A stretch of DNA of 64,000 bases from Geosiphon pyriformis uo1 (taxonomy: Eukaryota; Fungi; Glomeromycota), in contig JAAOMT010000786.1 of NCBI GenBank assembly GCA_016748015.1, positions 747,814 to 811,813 on the forward strand. Reading direction: 5' to 3'. Made by a program: the position numbers and the translations under genes. Under the pieces are notes generated by a model. It was not told the origin of the DNA. It ran no database searches and saw nothing but the letters and a program-made list of their open reading frames with translations. Shown piece by piece: positions 49,044-61,160 of the stretch; position 1 is the first letter of the stretch; every line of letters starts with the position of its first letter.

Positions 49044-49651
49044 ATGGATTCCTGAACTTCCTTGAAAAGAAATGAGCTTGTCTCCTGTATCCAAACGAAA
49101 ACTCATTGGTGAATTCGAATCTATTTGCGACTCTGTCGTGATGTCGCCAATATGGGTGTGGACTGCATTTTTGAGTTACCAGTTTTAAGTGTTCTTATAT
49201 ATATATACATATATATATATTTTTCAATGTAGCTTTCTTTGTAACATATTATATTTCACAATACGAAAGGCACAAATTTGTGGACACTTTACATTTTTGG
49301 CGGTTTATGGAGGAAAATCAACAGGGTCTCCTAGATTTTTACCGGAGGATTTTTCGAAATTAGAATAATTTTTCAAAGGGATGATGTGAACCTCAACACC
49401 ACCACCACCACCACCATCACCATTTTCATCAAACTCCCTCATCCTTATAATTTTTTAGTTTATTTTCTTCCCCTTTTTTTCTGGAGTACTTTAGATTTTC
49501 CTAATCATCTCGAGCATGACTTCTTTTGCCTTTTTCTTTTTATGTCCTATTTTTCTACTGCTACCATTAATAAATATTACCCATTATACAACCTCCATAT
49601 AGACTTGTACTTATACATAAATTTTCTACATTTTCATTTTCATAATCTTTC

Positions 49652-49700
49652 ACATCACCATCATCACCATCATCATCATCATCATCATCATCATCACATC
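49652..49700. repeat. (CAT/CAC)n microsatellite
   Basis: Visible trinucleotide run downstream of Ral. Confidence 0.85.
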
Positions 49701-50042
49701 ATTTCAAACCATGTCATTTATCAGAAGTGTATTTGTTCTCGCAGAAAGAGAACGAAAGAATTGGGTCGACGAGAGGAAGGAGCGAGAAGATGGGAAATAA
49801 GCTAAATTAGCAAGTTTTGAATAAGTTTGGAAATCAAAAAATCCATGAATAAATCCACGTTACAATAATTCAATTTTAATCTGATCCTGAAAAGTTTATG
49901 AATCTTTTTCTAAATTCGTGCGGATTCAAACTAATGTCTTTTTCACAATCCTGATTTGAAATATATCAATACACAAGAATTGCCTCAATTTTTAGTGCAT
50001 TTTTTAATGAAAAGATTTGCTTAATAATGTCTATCAATAAAA

Positions 50043-50500
50043 ATGCTAATCAGTTTTCTTCCCACCCCCCTCTTTCCTGAGCTAACTTCTCAAAATGCTG
50101 ATACCACCATCTCTGGTACCAAGAAAGGTTACCTCTACGCCCTTGCCTCTAGTCCAAAGCAAAAAGAGGATCTCGAGCGACAAAAACAATTCCTCTCTCG
50201 ATTTCCGACCTGTGAACTCCTTAGCGATATCGATCATGACTTAAGACCCTATTGGAACGAATAAGCTGCGGAATGGTCTCGGAAATTGTACTCCTGTCTA
50301 CTAAAATCGACATCGCCAGTTTTATACCAAGAATTCCCATATCAGTTTCACAACAGGCTTGGATAAAAGACGCTAATGAACACGAAGACAAGAAACTCAA
50401 AAAAAGCTTCAATATGGGGCGAGCGCGAGTTCATGCGGACTGTTGTGTGTCTCGGAATGTTGCTTCGGGTATGCACGGCAAAGGGCTCGCGAATATTATT
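50043..50500 (+). pseudogene. IS607-family serine recombinase (TnpA) remnant
   Basis: GYLYALASSPKQKEDLERQKQFL...ELLSDI matches YARVSSxxQxxDLxRQ; then RISCGMVSEIVLL in a shifted frame. Confidence 0.8.
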
Positions 50501-51480
50501 GATGAAACATTGATTTCTAGGGAAGAAGTAATTGAGCGTAATGCGAATCAACAAGGTCTATCAGTACACTATCTATTTCGATCACGAAAAGATCTACGAC
50601 AGAAAATGTCAATTTGTGCACAGAATTCTTCGAAATCCACATGGAACCTTTTCTATTTCACTCATCTCCATAATCCGTCGGTGCTTACTACAAATCTTTA
50701 TAAGCTTACCACAATTCTGGATAATGTCAAGGGTGCTTTGTTCTCTTTATTCCGAAAAAAAAAAGAGCCATAATAATAAGTGGCCCGTTCCTCACGAGAT
50801 AATTTCGGATGGCAAGCTTACCTACTCTCGCAAAGCTAACGTGTGGAAGTTTGCCTCGGTATACGAGACGCAAAAACAGCTCCGCGAAACTCAAGCGGAT
50901 GACTCTCTTCATGCGGTCTCCACTGATCCCGGCGTCCGTACACCTTTTACATGACAATCCCACAACTCCGGCAGTTGCACACTTTGGACCTTCCGATTAT
51001 TTCGATATTCCCACATTGATTAAAAGTCTCGGATGTGTAAGCTTCCCTAATTCCTCCGCCTTAATGATCAGACGTTGTCAAAAGCATTCGCCGAAAATTT
51101 TTTCGTGTAATCTTTCTTGTGTTGCGGTTCACCATGTCCGATACTTCAAGAGGAGGAATAAAAATGGCATCGAATTTGCGGGTAAAAAATATAACTGATT
51201 TCCGGGGAATTTCACTTTTTCGGATGTATAACTTTTTCCCCGCATCCGAAAAATTGCCTCATCGAGTCACCCGGCCATTTTATTCTTACATTTTGAGGAG
51301 GAAATTATTAACTTATCCTTTTGGGAGATGAGATCGTACAAGTACTTGGAAATACGAACTATACATCCAATAGAATGTTCGCCAATCTTGCCTACCCCTT
51401 TCATGGGAGAGCATGATAGAGAGATGAAAACGACGCTCGGGGGATTTTCCTCCGGGCATTGCTTGATGGGAGCCTTGGTC
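50500..51480 (+). pseudogene. TnpB/Fanzor2-like RuvC nuclease remnant
   Basis: FRSRKD, IISDGKLTY, RuvC-I AVSTDPGVRTPFT (D at 50925), RRKLLTY, NYTS near 51358, RuvC-III RDENDARGIFLRALLDG (51420-51470); frameshifted. Confidence 0.8.
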
Positions 51481-51660
51481 CTACAGTGTTCATGCGGGAT
51501 GTATTATATTCCATCCGGCAAAAGAAAAACGATATAGTAATTTTAATCAAAATCATAACCATAATCATAATCATCTTATCTTTCAAATCATGTATTTAAT
51601 TAATCTACAAATTATCACAAATAAAATATTAAATTTTCAAATGTCAATTTAAAAGTCCCC

Positions 51661-54211
51661 ATGGCTTTTATATGGGAACCATTTATAAAATTATCTCAAC
51701 GGTCACGTCAAGTCTTGCCAGTCGGTAAAGGACTTAGTCGTCTCAATGTAAACTTTCGTTCTCAAAGATTTGCCTCGTTATCAAACCTCAAAACGCTTGA
51801 TTCAAAGCAAAATCTTATTGAAAAAATCGTACAAAAATATGCAGTCAGCCTTCCAGCCGGACACAAGGTCAAGAGTGGTGAGTTTGTGACAATTCGACCA
51901 GAACACGTAATGACTCACGACAATACAGCGGCTGTTATGAAAAAGTAAGACCACCCCACCTACTACAGTGACTACAGGTTATGCAGATTTGAATTTTATG
52001 AGCCTTCGCTTGGGCGATTTTTTCCGTTTGCAGATTCCAGAGTATCGGTGTGGAAAAATTTAAGTTTTCTCATCAAGCTGTATTTACTCTTGATCATGAT
52101 GTACAAAATAAATCGGAAAAGGTTTGTATATATTTATACGTTTTCGCTTGTTTTATATCATTCTGACAAATTAGAAATCTTAATTTTTTTAGAATCTTAT
52201 AAAGTATTCTTCAATCGAGGAATTCGCCAAAAAACATGGTGTAGATTTTTATCCGGCTGGTAGAGGAATTGGACATCAGATTCTAATAGAGGAAGGATAT
52301 GCTTTTCCATATACTTTAACAGTCGCCTCGGATTCTCATTCAAATATGTATGGTGGTATCGGCTGTCTTGGTACTCCGATAGTTCGTACCGATGCGGCAG
52401 CTCTTTGGGCAACAGGTCGAATTTGGTGGCAGATTCCTCCGGTGGTTAAAGTTGAGTTCAAGGGACAAATTCCGCTTGGAGTATCTGGCAAAGATATAAT
52501 CATCACCTTGTGTGGACTTTTTAATAAAGATGAAGTTTTGAATTGTGCAATAGAGTTCACGGGCGATGATGCGATCCGTTCGCTCACTTTAGATGACCGA
52601 TTGACTATTTCCAATATGACTACTGAATGGGGTGCTTTGGCTGGGGTATTTCCTGTTGACGAGGTTACTATCAAATGGCTTAGAAAAAGGGTTGAAATAT
52701 TAGACATGAAAAGATTTGAAAATCCTAATTTAAAGAATATTAGTGATCCGTTCAAACATCCTCGTATCAATCGTGAAAGGATTGATTTGATTGAACAAGA
52801 ACCTATTAGTGCATCTCCAAACGCTTATTATGCGAAACATTTAACTTTGGATCTTTCAAGTGTATCACCACATATCTCTGGTCCCAATTCTGTCAAAATT
52901 TCGACACCACTCTCACAACTTGAAAAGCAAAATATTTCAATTAATAAAGCCTATCTTCTTTCATGCACCAATTCGCGTGCAAGTGATTTACACGTTGCAG
53001 CTGAAATAATTAAAGGAAAAAAAGTAGCCGATGGGGTTGAATTCTATGTTGCCGCCGCTAGTAGCGAAGTCCAAAAAGATGCCGAAGCTAACGGTGATTG
53101 GGAAACCTTGGTAAATGCTGGGGCTAAAGTCTTGCCAGCCGGATGTGGCCCTTGTATTGGTGAGGAGGGCAATCACGGTGAAATATTCTATTAACTTCCC
53201 ACTAAGTGTTAAAAAATTATCAATAGGTCTAGGGGTCGGTTTATTAGAAGATGGGGAGGTGGGTATTTCCGCCACGAACAGAAACTATAAAGGTCGGATG
53301 GGATCTCCAAAAGCTTTGGCATATTTAGCCTCACCAGGTATTTTTCATCTGCTTATTAAGACGTATTTATCAGGAAAAATAATTAAAAGCAAAATTAATC
53401 CTTAAAACAGTCGTAGTGGCAGCATCTGCTATAGCTGGAAAAATCACAAGTCCCAATTTTCTTGGATCTTCATCGTTTCCCACTTTCGAGAATTCGTTCG
53501 AGCAGAAAAGCTCTATTTCTATAAATCTTAAAGAGCAATTCTCGGACGATTCCTTGATTCCTTTAGACCAGTCATCACTGCCAAACTTTCCAGAATCAAT
53601 AAAAGGTGAATTGTTATTTTGTCATGGAGATAATTTGAACACTGATGCCATCTATCCCGGCAAATATACCTATCTTGATGATTTATCGTTGGAATATATG
53701 GCAAATGTTGCAATGGAGAACTATGATCCCGAATTTCAAAAAGTTGTACGACCGGTAAGAAAAGAATGTCAATAGAATGGAAGAAAAGGTTAATTGGTGG
53801 GGTTTTTTTTGACAATTTAAATCATTTGATATTTCTCAGGGGGATATCCTTGTTGGCGGATTCAATTTCGGTACTGGATCTTCACGGGAGCAAGCCGCCA
53901 CCGCGATCAAAGCCCGAGGAATTAAATTAGTGATTGTCGGTTCCTTATCAGAAATTTTTAAACGCAATTCCATAAATAATGCATTATTACTGTTAGAGGC
54001 ACCTCAACTTGTAAATGATTTGAAAAAACATTTTGGAACTCGAGCTCTTAGTCAACGAACTAATTGGTTGGCCGAAGTATTTTTGACCCAAGGAACAATT
54101 TCTATTAATCAAGGAGAGAAGATATACAAAGTAGGCGCCTTGGGAAATAGCGTACAAGAATTATGGGTAGCAGGTGGCCTTGAGAGCTGGATTAAGCAAA
54201 ATGTACAATAA
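51661..54211 (+). CDS. LYS4: Homoaconitase, mitochondrial (lysine biosynthesis), about 7 exons
   Basis: [91 protein letters not shown]; GT-AG introns. Confidence 0.95.
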
Positions 54212-54478
54212 GCATGATTCGCTAAATTCAAATTTCAGTCTAACACTTATGCAACAGATAATTTATTTTATGACAAATGAAATTCATTACTTGTTGCCCA
54301 ACGTTCAGGAATTAATTTGATTCTTTTAATTTCATTTCTTTACTCAATTATGAAGTTGCTCAAGTATTTTGACTATGATTGATGATACTATATTATCCTA
54401 CTATTGTTTTGATTCGATGTATGAATCAATTACCACTAATAGATTGATGAATCCCAGGTTCGTGATATAATTTGTCGA

Positions 54479-57400
54479 CTAGTTCTGATTTGCCAAGGCC
54501 GTTAGAAGCCAGGCATCCCACTTAGACTTTCGTCGCATTTTGTCCTGATCGAGTTTAGTCTGTGAGACGGGAGGATTTAGGCGTATGAAGCTATCCTCGG
54601 TATTGTTGACAAAAAAGACATGATAAGAATTGATGCGAATCTTAATTTCAAGATCATTTCGATAGATGTACTTGTGACTTTTAGTTTGATGTTGAGTAAG
54701 ATCCAAAGATGGCATGTTGTCGTCCTTTGAGAGGATATTTCTCACAAGAAATGGTGTTTTACTCTTCCAAGGCAAGCCTTGCGTGGGATGCACATTCATA
54801 TAGCTGTACACGTAAAATGCCCATGTTTCTTCGGATGATACGGCGTTACCAAATGAACCATCTCTACCTGATAACGAAATGGTCATTGTCTTTTCTCCTT
54901 TGTGATAGTCAATCCTATAAGTATGGTCTTCAGACCCGATGATAGTATTTGCTTGTAGTTGATACATTATTCTAGCCCGAACTTTGGAAGGTTCGCTTTG
55001 GTGTTGGAGATTTTCTTCAAATAATCGCAAGAGAACTCCAGCCTTGTGATCATTTACAATGCTTTGCATCTGCTTCACAGTTTGCATTGCAATCTTGTCA
55101 ACTGTAAACATCACGTAGGCTTTGATCCCATAAATTTGACGAAGGCGGTCTTCAAATTCGGTCGAGTCATATTCCTCCTCGATGAACTTATCAATGAGTT
55201 CTGATAGAACAATATAAGGTTCACCGACTGAATCTGGATCAACGTCAGGCTCACGAAGCCCAAGTTGAACTGCAACCGGAACAGGGGCGGTGTGGTTAGG
55301 TGAAGCCGACCTGGGAGGTGGGGCAATTTTCATCTGCTCAAACCTCATAAAAAGGACCTGTATGTACCGAAACAAACAATAAAATTGGCTATTCCCAAAA
55401 AAACAAGTAAAAGTGTTTCTTGGCTTTCCAATTCCGGCTTTTGATACAACCGCCTTAAGATCTTCGCGGGATTTTTGCGCGATTTGAATCCAGTTATATT
55501 CTAAGGGTGCGGCTATTTGTTGTGACTCTTCAGAAGAACCGACATTTGCTCCTTCTTCTTTGTCAAGCAGCATATCAGTGTCTTCCAAAAACCCATCAAA
55601 GAATGTAGAAGAAAGGTCGAAATATTTGATGATGAAAGATTTAAGAAATGGCTTAATTTTTGCTCGATCAACTGGAGCAACAGTAGGTGCGTGATCCAAA
55701 GATGTAAAGAGGACATGAGCTACATCTTTAAAAACTTCAAGATCATTGAAAGTGTATTTTAGTTGATGTGAGAATTCCTCGTCTTCCATTTGCTCACGTT
55801 GAAGAGCCTCAATCTCAGATATCATGTTTTTATTGTTCCATGTCTTCTTGTCATCGGCCTTAAAAGTGATACCTCTGTGATCAAGGGATTTATGATAATT
55901 ATTCGCGTCAACTTCTCGCCAGATTTTGTTCCATTGACGCTGGGCTCGCCTGAATTCTTCATCCTTTTGTTTTAATCGTTTTAAAACAACTGGAATGGCC
56001 ATAGCGCTGTTCGAATGAATGGCTTCGAGAACTTCGTCACTGAGGTCACCATATATTTTTTTGATAACACGTTGGTAAGTTAAAGACTTGCCCCCAAGCC
56101 CAGGACCCAGTCGATACTTTGCCTTTTCTTCCGGAGTCATTTTTGCGATCTTTAGTGCAATAGGTTCTAGCATAGCGATTGTGTACAAATTTGTTTGGAT
56201 AAACTGATCATATTCATATCGTTCGTCTTCGGTTTTAAACATAGCCTCCTCGTACTGATTTTTTTTATGTGATTGAAAACCACCATCTTCACTAGCCCAC
56301 GTGGGATAAGAAACCCATTCGTCATTCAAGACTTCATGGCATAGTTGATCTTTTCCAGAACATGGCATATGCGACTCACGATATGCATCTGGGAGTTGCC
56401 GATAACTAGGCCCATAAGCTTTACATTCTTTGAGATTCAAGTTTGGACGATCGACAGGTGTATTTATGACAATTTCATCACCCTTATCATACTTGATAAA
56501 TTGTTTAAACCTTTGAAATAATTCATTATTCTTTCCAAGGCAAACTCGCATCGAATCCACAACATGATCGTCATCCAAAATACGACATGTATATAGGTGA
56601 ATGATTTTGAGGAAGTCAGTGAACTCACTTTTGTCACCTAAATACTGCTTAACCTTTTCGAAGAATAAAATTTCTTCATCAGAAACTTGTCGTCTGAGAG
56701 GTTGCTTGGATTCGTCTTCCAAAGAAGGATCTTGGGAAGGTTTATGCTGATGTTTCGTCTTCTTTGTCTTTCCCGGAGATCCAGAGATGCCGTTCCTACC
56801 TATACCTGAAACGGGCCTCTTCTTTTTACTTTGACCTGAAGGTGAAGAACTCATTCCTGCTGTGGAACCCGAGCCAACACCCGTTGAACTGTCTATCAAA
56901 GGTTTTTTGTATCCGTCGTTTTTATTGGGTGCTGATTGAGAAGGCGGGAAATTACCCACTGGTGGTAATCGAGCTCCAACACTTGAAATGGCCGGAATCA
57001 AATGATGTGTTTTAATTCCAGTCCCATGGGCTTGGGCAAGCAATGAACCCACAGGAAAGTTCCCCGAAGTATCAGGAAGAAATTGCTTGAACTCGTCCAA
57101 AAGATCGGGTGCGCTTTTGAACAAATCTTGAACCTGAGAGTAGACCTCCTGAATAGGTTTTTGCTCTTTTTGATAGGTTTGTAATATTTCTAGGAATTGT
57201 TTATAGGTCTCAGGTTCCGTTGAGAATCGGTTCTTAATTTTATTCACATAATTAATTGCATGATTGAACTCGACAGGTGCTCGTTTTCCCTGTTGCTGCT
57301 GTTGCTGATTATGAGTATTGGCAGTAATTCCAATTCCAATATTTGATTGAGAACCCGACATGAAGTGGGTAACCGCTTGCTGAGTAATCTGAGACGTTGG

Positions 57401-57865
57401 TGGATGCGGCTGCAGTGTCTGCATCATTGTCGGAGGTGGAGTAACTTGAGAATAGCTAGGTGGAGCAGGATAATACCCAGACGCCGTAGAGCCGGTTGAA
57501 CCGCCGGTCGTCGTTGTCGCAGGTTGATGCCCATCCCCAGTTGCACCTCCAGTTGAAGTGCTAAGGGTCCCAGATGGAGTGGTCACACGGATAGTACTAG
57601 AGTTTGGCTCGTGCGGGTTTGTAGAGCACTCGATATGATAACCAGGAGGTAAAAAGGTATTAAAACCTTGTATTAAGGATGGATGACCCTGGAAAAGTGA
57701 TGATACTCGTTCTATTACTCCAGGTGTGTCGATAGTTTGACTTTTGAAATCTTTCATGATATCCAGAAAGCGATTATATACTTCTGGCTGATCTGAGAAT
57801 TGGACTTTAACCTGGTCGAGATACGATAAGGCGTCTTTAACGTTAAGTGGTCTATATCCAGCCAT
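54479..57865 (-). CDS. SIN3: Sin3 transcriptional corepressor (PAH domains, HDAC-interaction domain), single exon
   Basis: LNVKDALSYLDQVK, VEFNHAINYVNKIKNRF, GPSYRQLP, VLNDEWVSYPTWASED, KSLDHRG, FTVDK. Confidence 0.97.
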   Translation of the reverse strand: MAGYRPLNVKDALSYLDQVKVQFSDQPEVYNRFLDIMKDFKSQTIDTPGVIERVSSLFQGHPSLIQGFNTFLPPGYHIECSTNPHEPNSSTIRVTTPSGTLSTSTGGATGDGHQPATTTTGGSTGSTASGYYPAPPSYSQVTPPPTMMQTLQPHPPTSQITQQAVTHFMSGSQSNIGIGITANTHNQQQQQQGKRAPVEFNHAINYVNKIKNRFSTEPETYKQFLEILQTYQKEQKPIQEVYSQVQDLFKSAPDLLDEFKQFLPDTSGNFPVGSLLAQAHGTGIKTHHLIPAISSVGARLPPVGNFPPSQSAPNKNDGYKKPLIDSSTGVGSGSTAGMSSSPSGQSKKKRPVSGIGRNGISGSPGKTKKTKHQHKPSQDPSLEDESKQPLRRQVSDEEILFFEKVKQYLGDKSEFTDFLKIIHLYTCRILDDDHVVDSMRVCLGKNNELFQRFKQFIKYDKGDEIVINTPVDRPNLNLKECKAYGPSYRQLPDAYRESHMPCSGKDQLCHEVLNDEWVSYPTWASEDGGFQSHKKNQYEEAMFKTEDERYEYDQFIQTNLYTIAMLEPIALKIAKMTPEEKAKYRLGPGLGGKSLTYQRVIKKIYGDLSDEVLEAIHSNSAMAIPVVLKRLKQKDEEFRRAQRQWNKIWREVDANNYHKSLDHRGITFKADDKKTWNNKNMISEIEALQREQMEDEEFSHQLKYTFNDLEVFKDVAHVLFTSLDHAPTVAPVDRAKIKPFLKSFIIKYFDLSSTFFDGFLEDTDMLLDKEEGANVGSSEESQQIAAPLEYNWIQIAQKSREDLKAVVSKAGIGKPRNTFTCFFGNSQFYCLFRYIQVLFMRFEQMKIAPPPRSASPNHTAPVPVAVQLGLREPDVDPDSVGEPYIVLSELIDKFIEEEYDSTEFEDRLRQIYGIKAYVMFTVDKIAMQTVKQMQSIVNDHKAGVLLRLFEENLQHQSEPSKVRARIMYQLQANTIIGSEDHTYRIDYHKGEKTMTISLSGRDGSFGNAVSSEETWAFYVYSYMNVHPTQGLPWKSKTPFLVRNILSKDDNMPSLDLTQHQTKSHKYIYRNDLEIKIRINSYHVFFVNNTEDSFIRLNPPVSQTKLDQDKMRRKSKWDAWLLTALANQN

Positions 57866-58889
57866 AGCTTTACCTCAGTTAAATGAATTCTTAGACGTAA
57901 AAGAGCAAAGCTCCTTAACACCGACAATGATAAAAAAAGCTATTTCCTCTTTTCTAAAGATTAAAGCTGTAAAGTTGAAATGGCAACAAATGAACTAACA
58001 ACAAACTTGTTAAATGAGGCTTTACCACATAACGCAAGCACAAATAGAGATCAATAGTTCTGGAACCTACTGTCTGTAATGTAGTTGATCACTGGATTAT
58101 CATTTAGTGTTATGTACAAATCAAAAATGGTGAAGTAAAAAGAATCTCGAAATTTTGTTTTAATAATTATAAGATATTTAAATAAAGATAAAGATGATAT
58201 GATTAATTAATTAATAATAATTATAGTTCTTCATTTTTTCAATTTTTTTTAATTGCTTTAACAAAGTGAGGATCTAAAATTAAACGTGACCAGCCGTTAA
58301 GGCAACACTACGCACCATTAAACATATCCATATTTATTAATTATAACTATTATTATATGAAAAAATAGTTTAATTATAATAATTTAAAACATTATTATTT
58401 TGTTTATAAATAAATCACATATAGTTTATAAATTTTTGGTATTATAAACATGATAATTTTTTTGTAAGAAATCAAAATATCTTATGTTTGTAATAATAAA
58501 AATGCTTTTAATAAATTATTTTTTAATTATTAATGTAAAAGATACTATAAAAAATTCAAACTGTCAGTTTTTTAAGCTTTTTAATAAAGAAATCAATCAA
58601 ATTTTTTATTCCGTTTATTAATTTTTAATTATGAATTTTTTGAAAAAGCTAATTACAATTACAAATTTATTAAAATTAATAAACAGCTTATTATATAGCT
58701 AAATTGATTTATATAATAATAAACAATATTAACTATTATTAGTTAACATAATTTATTATTTAATTAGTACTTTAAAAAACAGTTTTATTTATTAAAATAC
58801 AAAAAAAAAATTTTAAATGCTTATTTAGCTGTATGTTTTAAGTATTTACCAATTTTATTTTATTCTAATACTATTATTATTATATTATA

Positions 58890-61160
58890 TATTTAAGCTA
58901 AAAACTCTTTGTTTTCTTAATTTTATGATCATAACTAGAGCAAAAAGTAAAAAAGCTGTATCTAATATTTTTTCTGAGATATCCAATAAAATTTCAACCA
59001 GAAAAGTTTTCTCTGTTGTAGAAGCAACAGACAGAACATTTTAGAAGCCTTTTTTTTACCTAATAATTATAAAAAGCTGTTTTTGGTAGTTATTAAAACA
59101 ACTTCTTTATCTTTGGCTGGTCTTTTACTAGTCAAAATTCTCTCAAAGAGACACACTTAGATTAGTTTTAGTGTTGTCTCTACTTCTTCAAAGAGCCCAA
59201 AAATTTTTAATAATAGACCAGTTAACAAGCTGGTCTTCTCTTCCATAACTGCTACACCAGATGCTATTAGCACTTCTTCTTCAAAAAAAAATAATTAAAA
59301 AAACCAAAAGTTCAGAAAAGTAAAAGCAGTTGCTTGTTTCTGCTATTGTTATACTGAACCCCTTTGTGATTTCCAATAAGATCTTAGGTAAGATTTCTAT
59401 AATATCATCCAGCATATTATTTAAGATAAGCCAAGATCAATCACTAAATGTGTTGTCAAATATGGTGTTTTTTGGCAGATTATTACCAGTTTTAGAAGCA
59501 AATTAACTATTTCTTATGATGTTACTTGTTTTTGAAAACTGGGCTGACTAAATAGAAACTGAATTATCTCCTTCTCTGGTTTCTGGTGCTGCCACTAATA
59601 ATTCTTGAAAAATCATTATTAGTTATCAAAAATTTACTAAGTGGATGACTTTTATTCTAATGTCTGGTGCTATTTTTAAGATCAAATTGGCTTATATTAA
59701 AGCTGTTTTCCAGTTTGTACATGGTTTTCTAAATGTAAAATTAGTATTAAAGAACAATATAAAGCTCTTTTATATGAAATTTGTTTCTTAAGTGTCTTTG
59801 AAAGCTGTATTTTTGGTTAAGCTTACAAGTTTTGTTTGCTTAACCACTCTTAAAATTGCCAAGTCTTTGGTGGTTTTTGAGTCCAGTCCCTTTTTTGCTG
59901 CTATTATATTGCATAATATGTCTTTAAGTATGTTTGCTGCTAATATTAAAACAGTTTTTGGTGTTTTTGATAATATTATTCATATTGTACTAAAGTCTGC
60001 TGGTATTTGGCAATATATGATTGTTTATTTTGAAAAGTTGGACTTTGCTGTATCTATTTTAGATCATTGGTTAGTTTTGGTGAGCAAGAATAATGTTAGA
60101 ATTTTTTTTTTAATAAATTAGAATAAGACTATTCTGTCTTGAAATAGATTTAAGACCAAACTAGTTAACCTTTCTTCTGGCTGTATTGCTTTTAAAATCA
60201 ATAATATGATTTCTTAGTTTAGTAATCAGACATGTTTTATTCTTTGCTTTTCTGATTTTGGTTATTATTTCTGATTGCTTTGGTTATTTTTGGTTCTCAG
60301 GTTGATTTAGATGCTGCAGTTTTTAAGACTAGTATGTTAAAAAAATTCTGTATCTGATAGAAAATTCCTGGAAATTGGTGTTATTTTTAATGTCAAGATT
60401 CAGATTATTTGGCTTTGGATTATAAAATGTTTTTGTCTTTTTTTTTTAAGACTTCCAAAGTGTTTACCTCTTGTATTGTTGATAACAAATTCTATGTTAA
60501 AGCTGCTGCTTTTGTGCTTCCTTCAGTTTTTAGTCCTTTAACTGGTTCAGTTTTTTTATTAATATAGTATCTAATAACTCTATGGTTATTTTTTGGTTAA
60601 TCTCTTTAGAATTGGAGTTGGCCAAACTTTTTAATCTGGTTAATTCTATTGTTAAGCCTGTTGATTCCATGGTAAAAGTGTTTGAACAATTTATTAATAA
60701 AAACTTGGTTTTGAATAGTGCTTTTGGTTTTAGGATTAATAAAGTTTTGGTACACATGGATTTTTTTAGCAAAACTGTTGGTAAGCTGAAACATAAGATT
60801 GTTGCTTTGAAACTAAGTATAACTATGCAGATATTAATATGTCTGGCTTTTATATAAGTTTGTTTTCTATTGACAATAATATGTTTTCTAATTTGATATT
60901 ACTTTGGGAACATAAATCTGTTGCTGTTAAGTTTGATGCCTTAAAAACAACTGAGTAGTTGGTTGAATTAGTTAATAATAGTGCTATATTATTTGAAATT
61001 GTTTAGAAAATGTCTTCTTTGAATAAGTTTTTTTCCAAAGTATTAATGTAGTATACATATAGAAAATACATAAACTATATTTAGTACTAAGACATCTAAT
61101 TCCTAAATAGTAATTGGGCTATACTTGTTAAATCCTAATAATAATAATAATAATAATAAA
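58890..61160 (+). mobile_element. ORF1-only non-LTR retroposon, copy 3 (best preserved), (TAA)n tail
   Basis: Decayed ~700-codon frame from ~58925 with RRM-like segments (ORF 59792-60121) and a mutated CCHC (CYF*CQDSDYLALDY near 60380), then a ~100-bp 3' module and (AAT)n; no ORF2. Confidence 0.78.

Noticed and set aside
49386-49805. Poly-His ORF
   Set aside because: GTG start and (CAC)/(CAT) microsatellites downstream of Ral; no coding evidence.
42915-57865. Functional silencing gene cluster (clr4 plus SIN3)
   Set aside because: Separated by unrelated Ral and LYS4; no evidence beyond proximity.
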